Position numbers and translations under genes: made by a program. From Elusimicrobiota bacterium (GTDB lineage: Bacteria > Elusimicrobiota > Endomicrobiia > Endomicrobiales > JBDRNC01): a stretch of DNA of 64,000 bases. This document shows, piece after piece, positions 58,169 to 64,000 of the stretch (its first letter is position 1; every line of letters begins with the position of its first letter). The DNA is taken from contig JBDRNC010000021.1 in assembly GCA_043811535.1 (NCBI GenBank), forward strand, positions 77,668 through 141,667, read 5' to 3'. Under the pieces are notes generated by a model, which saw only the letters and a program-made list of their open reading frames with translations, searched no databases and was not told where the DNA came from.

Positions 58169-59452
58169 ATGCGCGTAGAACTAATCTGTTTGGGCACGGA
58201 ACTTCTTACGGGAAAACTTAATTCGAATGTGAGTTATCTGGGGGACAGGCTCAGTTCGATAGGGCTGGATTTTTCCCGTGTAATTACTTCAGGCGACGAC
58301 AGAAAAGAGATTGAGAGGGTTTTTAGCGAGTCGATAAACCGTTCGGACATAATCATTTCTACAGGAGGACTAGGGCCCACCTTTGACGACCTGACGCGCG
58401 AAGCGGTCGCAAAAGTCCTTGACAGGCCGCTTGCGCTTGACCGCGAAACCCTGTCCGCCATAACGCAGCATTTCATAAAAAGGAACGTGGAAATGCCTAA
58501 GAACAATGAGCGCCAGGCATATGTCGTGGAAGGCGCGAAAATTCTTCAAAACGCGTTCGGCACGGCCCCGGGGCAGATCATTGAGATCGCTGGCGGAAAG
58601 GGAAAAGCGAAAAAACCTTCAAAAATCATCGTTTTACTGCCCGGACCGCCGCAGGAAATGCAGTCGATGTTTGAAGCGCACGTTTTTTCATACTTGAAAA
58701 AATTCGAGACAAAAATAAAGAAAAGGTTCACGCTGCATATTTTCGGGATGCCCGAGTCTGCCGTTGACGAAAAGATCCGCCCGATAATCGAAGCGGAAAG
58801 AAAACTTGAGTCTGAAAACGTGGAATTCGGGATACTCGCGCACAAGATGATAATTGACGTTAAGGCGAGTGTTTCCGGTGAGGATGAGCTTAACGTCGAC
58901 GAGACGATCAATGCGCTGAAAAACGAGCTTCATTCCGTTTTGGGCGACAATATCTACGGGCAGGACAAACAGACGCTGGAGAGCGTCGTCGGCGACCTGT
59001 TCATAAAAAATAGAAAAACGCTTTCAATAGCCGAATCATGCACGGGCGGACTGGTGGCCCACCGCGTGACTAATGTACCGGGGAGTTCTCTTTATTTCAG
59101 GCAGTGTGCGGTAGTCTATTCGAATGAATCGAAAATAAAGATCCTGGGAGTGAACGAGGATACGATAAACAATTTTGGAGCGGTATCCGAGCAAACCGCC
59201 GTGGAACTGGCCGAGGGCATGAGAAATAAGGCTTTAACCGATTACGCAATTTCAATAACGGGCATAGCGGGCCCGGCCGGCGGGACTTCCGAAAAACCGA
59301 TAGGACTTGTATATATAGGCATATGCGGGCCTGATATAAAACAGGTTTTCAAGTATAACTTCAGCGGAAACAGGCTGGAGATAAGGGAGCGCGCCACGAA
59401 CCAGGCGCTGGATTTACTCAGAAGAGAACTAATCAAAATTGTAAAGAAATAG
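58169..59452 (+). CDS. cinA: Competence/damage-inducible protein A (MoCF-like + NMN deamidase)
   Basis: GTELLTG, TGGLGPTFDDLT, GTAPG, LPGPPQEM, AESCTGG, GAVSEQ, ITGIAGP.GG. Confidence 0.93.
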   Translation: MRVELICLGTELLTGKLNSNVSYLGDRLSSIGLDFSRVITSGDDRKEIERVFSESINRSDIIISTGGLGPTFDDLTREAVAKVLDRPLALDRETLSAITQHFIKRNVEMPKNNERQAYVVEGAKILQNAFGTAPGQIIEIAGGKGKAKKPSKIIVLLPGPPQEMQSMFEAHVFSYLKKFETKIKKRFTLHIFGMPESAVDEKIRPIIEAERKLESENVEFGILAHKMIIDVKASVSGEDELNVDETINALKNELHSVLGDNIYGQDKQTLESVVGDLFIKNRKTLSIAESCTGGLVAHRVTNVPGSSLYFRQCAVVYSNESKIKILGVNEDTINNFGAVSEQTAVELAEGMRNKALTDYAISITGIAGPAGGTSEKPIGLVYIGICGPDIKQVFKYNFSGNRLEIRERATNQALDLLRRELIKIVKK

Positions 59453-59535
59453 AACAATGGCTAAATTGCTCAATGGCCAAATTGCTGGAAAGCTTTTAAC
59501 CATTTAGCCATTTAACAATTTAGCAATAGGTAGTT

Positions 59536-60090
59536 ATGCGCTTATTTATAGCCGTCAATATACCCGGCGAACTGAAAGATAATATCGAAGCTGTGCAGAA
59601 TGATTTAAAGCGGTCACGGGCCGATGTTAAGTGGGTTGAAAAAGAGAACTTCCATCTAACCGTGAAATTCATCGGCGATACGGACAGCGGTACGCCGGCA
59701 TTATTAGAGTCAAATCTATCGCAGTCGCTTAAGGATTTCGGTTCTTTCATTGTTTCGCTTTGCGGCGCAGGGGCATTTCCCTCCGCCAGTTATCCCCGCG
59801 TAGTATGGATAGGGATAGGAGACGGAGCCGAGAAATTAAAGCAGCTTGCCGCAAAGACGGAAGACGCTGCATTCGAACTCGGGTTTCCTCGGGAAAAGAG
59901 GGGTTTTTCTCCTCATTTGACCATAGGCAGGGTTAAATCACCTTCAAATAAAGAATTTCTGGAAAAAAAGATTATTTTGCAAGAGAAATGTTCACCCGGA
60001 TCGTTTGAAGTAAAGAAGGTAGATGTAATGGAGAGCGTGTTATTGCCCCAGGGACCAGAATATAAATGCATAAGTTCAATTTTCATCTGA
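59536..60090 (+). CDS. thpR: RNA 2',3'-cyclic phosphodiesterase (2H family)
   Basis: MRLFIAV; two HxT motifs (FHLTVKF, PHLTIGR). Confidence 0.92.
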   Translation: MRLFIAVNIPGELKDNIEAVQNDLKRSRADVKWVEKENFHLTVKFIGDTDSGTPALLESNLSQSLKDFGSFIVSLCGAGAFPSASYPRVVWIGIGDGAEKLKQLAAKTEDAAFELGFPREKRGFSPHLTIGRVKSPSNKEFLEKKIILQEKCSPGSFEVKKVDVMESVLLPQGPEYKCISSIFI

Positions 60091-60794
60091 CAATATACCG
60101 GTATGAAGTGATCCTGGCGATGATCATACTGCTGATGACGGGCAGTATAGCTGTTTCGTCCCGGGACGCGGAAAAACTCGCTCCCCCATCGAAAATTTAT
60201 CCGCTGAAAGTTGCCATAACCTTTGACGACGGGCCGCATCCCAAGTATACCGAAACATTGCTTCGACTGTTGAAAGACAACGGTGTTCGCGCGACGTTTT
60301 TCTTAGTAGGCCGACAGGCGATGGAATATCCTAACCTTGTCCGCATGATAGTTGAGAACGGGCATGAAATAGAAAGCCACACGCTCACGCACAGGAACCT
60401 GGCGCATCTTTCCGTGAGCGAGATTAAGGCCGAACTTTCTAAGACAGCGGATATACTTGAGAATCTTTCCGGCCAACGGATCGCGTACTTCAGGCCGCCG
60501 GGAGGGCAATTTAACGTCAAGGTGATAAAAGCGGCTGAACAGATTAAAATGTTTATGGTTCTCTGGACGGTATTCCCGAAAGACCATGAAGAACAAAGCT
60601 CTTCGATAATAATACAGAAGGTTATGTCTCAGGTCAACGACGGAGGTGTGGTGCTTTTTCATTCCGGCCGCGAACCTACATACGCGGCGCTTCCGGTTAT
60701 AATCAAACTTCTAAGGGACAAAGGCTACAGGTTCGTGACCGTTTCGGAATTGCATAAGGAAACTCCGAAGGATAAGCTCGTCTGGCTTAAATAA
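60066..60794 (+). CDS. Polysaccharide deacetylase (CE4/NodB family)
   Basis: AITFDDGP, ATFFLVG, HEIESHTLTH, YFRPPGG, VLFH. Start may be GTG 60108 or ATG 60120. Confidence 0.9.
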   Translation: MHKFNFHLTIYRYEVILAMIILLMTGSIAVSSRDAEKLAPPSKIYPLKVAITFDDGPHPKYTETLLRLLKDNGVRATFFLVGRQAMEYPNLVRMIVENGHEIESHTLTHRNLAHLSVSEIKAELSKTADILENLSGQRIAYFRPPGGQFNVKVIKAAEQIKMFMVLWTVFPKDHEEQSSSIIIQKVMSQVNDGGVVLFHSGREPTYAALPVIIKLLRDKGYRFVTVSELHKETPKDKLVWLK

Positions 60795-60862
60795 CATCGA
60801 GATGGGAGAAGGAAGAAAGGGGACGGAAGCCAACAATTGCTTTCGTCTTTTTACATAACTAT

Positions 60863-61279
60863 ATGAAACGGATATTGGGTATTGATTACGGAACAAAACG
60901 GATAGGCATAGCCGTAACTGATGCGCTGGGCATTACGGTCCAGCCGCTTACGGTAATGGAGCGAAAATCCGCGGCGGAAGATATCAGGCGCATAAACGAG
61001 ATAATCAGCGAAAAACAGGTAGGAACTATAGTTGTCGGGATGCCTTCGAACATGAACGGCACACCGGGCAGGCTTTCAGACGAGATAAAGTGGTACGCCG
61101 GAAAATTAAAAGAAGGCACGGGGCTTCCTGTGGAATTCGTGGAGGAAAGGCTTACGACGTTTTCCGCGGAACGCATGCTTACGGAAGAGGCCGATATGCC
61201 CCGCTCTAAAAGAAAAAAAGTTCGCGACAAAATAGCGGCCGTATTTATTCTGCAAAACTATATGGATACAAAAAGATGA
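60863..61279 (+). CDS. ruvX: YqgF/RuvX family nuclease
   Basis: ILGIDYGTKRIGIAVTD, VVGMP, EERLTT, DKIAAVFILQNY. Confidence 0.93.
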   Translation: MKRILGIDYGTKRIGIAVTDALGITVQPLTVMERKSAAEDIRRINEIISEKQVGTIVVGMPSNMNGTPGRLSDEIKWYAGKLKEGTGLPVEFVEERLTTFSAERMLTEEADMPRSKRKKVRDKIAAVFILQNYMDTKR

Positions 61280-61315
61280 GCTCCTTAATTTCCGCAGTAT
61301 CTATTAGTATTTCGT

Positions 61316-61363
61316 CGAAATCTCCATCCTCCGCAGTAGCACTGCTACGGAGGACGGGCGCCG
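61316..61363. repeat. 48-bp REP-like hairpin repeat, copy 1
   Basis: CGAAATCTCCATCCTCCGCAGTAGCACTGCTACGGAGGACGGGCGCCG, identical to 62127-62174. Confidence 0.85.
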
Positions 61364-61598
61364 GAGCTGCGCAATCAATCCCACGGGAGGGAGTAGATTT
61401 AATCCCGCCAAGCGGGATACTTAAGGTGCTCCACTACGGCGCCTGTCCGCCGAAGATACCCGCCACGGCGGGTCAATGCGGCGTCATCCCTACGGGAGAT
61501 CGCCCACAGGCTGAAATAGTCGCGAATATTGATGATATGCCCATCGCAGGCGGAAATAGCCGTGTCGTAGTGATGGAGCGTTTAGCCTAGGCGGATAT

Positions 61599-62084
61599 AT
61601 GTCCCTATTCTATATCCTTGACGGGTACAACATAATAAAGTCCGGGCTCATACCGGGTTTTGAAAGAAAAACGCTTGAACAACAGCGGGCGCATCTTGTG
61701 CAACTGATCGAGAAGACAAGGCCTCAAGGCAGCAAGAATAACAGTATAATGATAGTATTCGACGGAAGTTATGAGATGTCGTTCCTGCATCCGCAAAAAG
61801 AGGTCACAAAGACCGGCATAGCGGTTGTCTATAGCGGAGGGGAAAGCGCGGACGAGAAAATAGAAGAGATAGTGCTTGCCTACCCCAATCCAGCGGATAT
61901 AGTCATCGTTTCGAACGATAAAGGCATCAGGAGAAGGGTCGGCGGGCGCGGGGTAAAGCATTTGGACGTAAGGCAATTCGCCGGCAGGATTGCGCGGGAA
62001 AAGGAATCTTTTTCCGCGTCGGATAGCGGCGGCGATATGAACGATATTACGGATGAAATGAAAAAGGAATGGCGCATTAAATGA
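61599..62084 (+). CDS. NYN/YacP-like ribonuclease domain protein
   Basis: ILDGYNII, IVFDG, ESADEKI, IVSNDKGI. Confidence 0.85.
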   Translation: MSLFYILDGYNIIKSGLIPGFERKTLEQQRAHLVQLIEKTRPQGSKNNSIMIVFDGSYEMSFLHPQKEVTKTGIAVVYSGGESADEKIEEIVLAYPNPADIVIVSNDKGIRRRVGGRGVKHLDVRQFAGRIAREKESFSASDSGGDMNDITDEMKKEWRIK

Positions 62085-62126
62085 AGCACAATGGTCTTGA
62101 GTTCAAAATATATTTAAATGCTTCGG

Positions 62127-62174
62127 CGAAATCTCCATCCTCCGCAGTAGCACTGCTACGGAGGACGGGCGCCG
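62127..62174. repeat. 48-bp REP-like hairpin repeat, copy 2
   Basis: Identical direct copy of 61316-61363. Confidence 0.85.
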
Positions 62175-62196
62175 AAGCCCACCGCGGCGGACGTAG

Positions 62197-63144
62197 GTGG
62201 ATGATATGTTAAGAAGAATTATTGTGACGTGCCTGGCGGTCTTCATGGTAGCAACCCTGTTCTGGTGGTTTTCTTTATCCGCCAAACAGGTAATCATTAC
62301 GATCGAAAAGGGCTCCACGGCGAAGCAGGCGGCCGCCGCCCTTGAAAATTCCGGTCTTATCTCTTCGAAAAAAGTATTTCTAGGAATTTTGAAAATATCT
62401 GGAAAATCGCAGCAGATCAAGGCGGGGACATACTCTATCGCGCCGCGTTACAGCGTTTTTGGGATAATAAGCATGATAACGGGCGGGAAAACAGTCAAGG
62501 AAAAAATAACCGTTCCCGAAGGTTTCACCGCCAGGCAGATTGCCGCCATGCTGGCGGGCAAGGGGATGGTTGACGAGTACGAGTTCACAAAGATCACGGA
62601 ACGGGACAAGCTTGAGGGATATCTTTTCCCGGAAACATACTTTTATGAAACAGGCGCGACTGAAAGCCAGATAATCAAGGCAATGACGGATGAGTTTAAA
62701 AAACATTTCAACGATGATTTGAAGAGCAGGGCAAAAGAACTCAGGATGACTGAAAGGCAGGTAGTCACGCTTGCCTCAATTATTGAAAAGGAAGCCGCAA
62801 GGGGAGAAGAAAGGCCTCTTATTTCGGGAGTTTTCCATAACCGCATGAAAAAGGGATGGTTTCTGGAGTCATGCGCGACAATAATTTACGCGCTCGGTAA
62901 GCATAAAGAAAAGCTGACTAACAAGGATTTGCTGGTGAAGTCGCCTTATAACACCTACAGAAATTACGGGCTCCCTCCCGGGCCGATATGCAACCCGGGC
63001 ATTGAATCAATAAGAGCTGCGCTGTATCCTGCTCAAACAGACGACATGTTTTTTGTAGTCAATGGGGAAGGAACGCATTCATTCTCAAGATACTATGACG
63101 ACCATCTGAAGAATAAGCGTAAAAACAGGCAAAATGGCCAATAA
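62197..63144 (+). CDS. mltG: Endolytic transglycosylase
   Basis: IKAGTY, ITVPEG, LEGYLFPETY, LASIIEKEA, SPYNTY..GLPPGPICNPG. Confidence 0.94.
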   Translation: MDDMLRRIIVTCLAVFMVATLFWWFSLSAKQVIITIEKGSTAKQAAAALENSGLISSKKVFLGILKISGKSQQIKAGTYSIAPRYSVFGIISMITGGKTVKEKITVPEGFTARQIAAMLAGKGMVDEYEFTKITERDKLEGYLFPETYFYETGATESQIIKAMTDEFKKHFNDDLKSRAKELRMTERQVVTLASIIEKEAARGEERPLISGVFHNRMKKGWFLESCATIIYALGKHKEKLTNKDLLVKSPYNTYRNYGLPPGPICNPGIESIRAALYPAQTDDMFFVVNGEGTHSFSRYYDDHLKNKRKNRQNGQ

Positions 63145-63861
63145 AGAGATTGACGAACTGCAGAAAGCCGCCGCGGCCGGAGTCGCGCTCGGCAATATAG
63201 ACCTTGACCACCTTTCCAACCGGGTCATTCTATTGAATTATGTACGTATCTCCGACGACATCGCTGCGCTTATGAAAGGGAAAAAGCTGCTTGACTGGGG
63301 CTGCGGGTATGGGCAGATGACATACCTGCTGCGCGCAAGAGGCGTGGACGCGGCTGCTTATGACGTGATAAAACGCGAAAATATTGAGAAACTTCCGATT
63401 TTTTTGGGATTGGATATAGTTTACGGCGGGCAGGAGTCGGCGCTTCCGTTCGCGAACGCTTCTTTTGACGGAGCGCTTTCCTGCGGCACGATAGAACATG
63501 TTCCTGACATGGAGGCTTCCCTGAAAGAGATATACAGGGTGCTTAGTCCCGGAGGATATTTTCTTACATACATGCTTCCGAACAAACTGTCCTATACCGA
63601 ATTTCTCGGAAAGTTGAAAGGAAATATTGTCCATCCGGTGAAATTTTCATTTAAAGACGTGAAATCACTGTATTCAAGGCATGGTTTCGAAATTGTCAAA
63701 ACGGGCAGGTCCGGCATGATACCGAAAAATCTGACCGGTATGCCGCGGAGATTGAAAGACATCTACGGTAGGATAGGTTTTGCGCTTGAGGTCGCGGACA
63801 GGGCGCTTTCGTCAATTCCGCTTGTGAATCTTTTTTGCGGAGTGCTGGAGATCACGGCCAG
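63134..63861 (+). CDS. Class I SAM-dependent methyltransferase, 3' end interrupted by IS (not in ORF track)
   Basis: ATG 63134; LLDWGCGYG, LPFANASFDGALSCGTIEHVPD, EIYRVLSPGG. The frame runs on into the IS end with no stop before the window edge. Confidence 0.85.
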
Positions 63862-64000
63862 GGTAATGTCAAGATTTGTGTGTAATTTGTTTAAGGGGTT
63901 TATTCTCCCAAAGTTTATTCTGTCTGTAAAATATGGCGAAGATGATACGCTGAACACTGTCCTGATTACTGAAACAGCTGATAGTTCTGGTACGGCGCCT
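63862..64000 (-). mobile_element. Right end of an IS256-family insertion sequence with transposase C-terminus (63869..>64000, - strand)
   Basis: Minus strand reads RRRTRTISCFSNQDSVQRIIFAIFYRQNKLWENKPLKQITHKS*, matching the IS256-type RRT...F.N..S..R...W tail. The stop lies inside an IS256-like terminal sequence GGTAATGTCAAGATTTGTGTGTAA. Confidence 0.75.

Noticed and set aside
61276..61590. 104-aa ORF between ruvX and the NYN gene
   Set aside because: Built largely from hairpin repeats, with no recognisable motif; probably spurious.

Overview
Gene-dense chromosomal window from a diderm bacterium, almost entirely on the + strand. The protein style suggests Elusimicrobiota, but that is inference only. 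The left ~39 kb is an envelope/secretion locus. It holds the 3' part of a >5,100-aa giant surface protein and a 1,653-aa secreted protein, both ending in FlgD-Ig/T9SS-like C-terminal sorting domains, plus a PorV-family barrel, two other predicted outer-membrane barrels, two FecR-domain proteins, an ECF sigma/anti-sigma-CBM48 pair and a CHASE2 adenylate cyclase. In its middle is the best candidate for an undescribed system: a flagellum-less motor cassette. This comprises a single FliF-ring/TM/FliG fusion protein, MotA, two MotB paralogues (the second has Asn in place of the proton-binding Asp), a TPR protein and a beta-barrel, with no flagellar export, rod, hook, filament or FliM/N gene in the window. 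The right part is mostly housekeeping: tRNA-Arg(ACG), tadA, tmRNA, amidase, murI, queD(fusion)CE, a GT39-like transferase, thrC, cinA, thpR, ruvX, a NYN protein and mltG. It also holds a second CTD-cargo/PorP-PorV-like module (50.3-55.9 kb), an internally deleted NSS transporter pseudogene, and an IS256-family end interrupting a methyltransferase at the right edge. Many gene junctions carry inverted arrays of 7- or 8-nt tandem units. Some of these arms lie in-frame within genes, and three encode signal peptides. All family assignments were made by eye from motifs; no searches were run.
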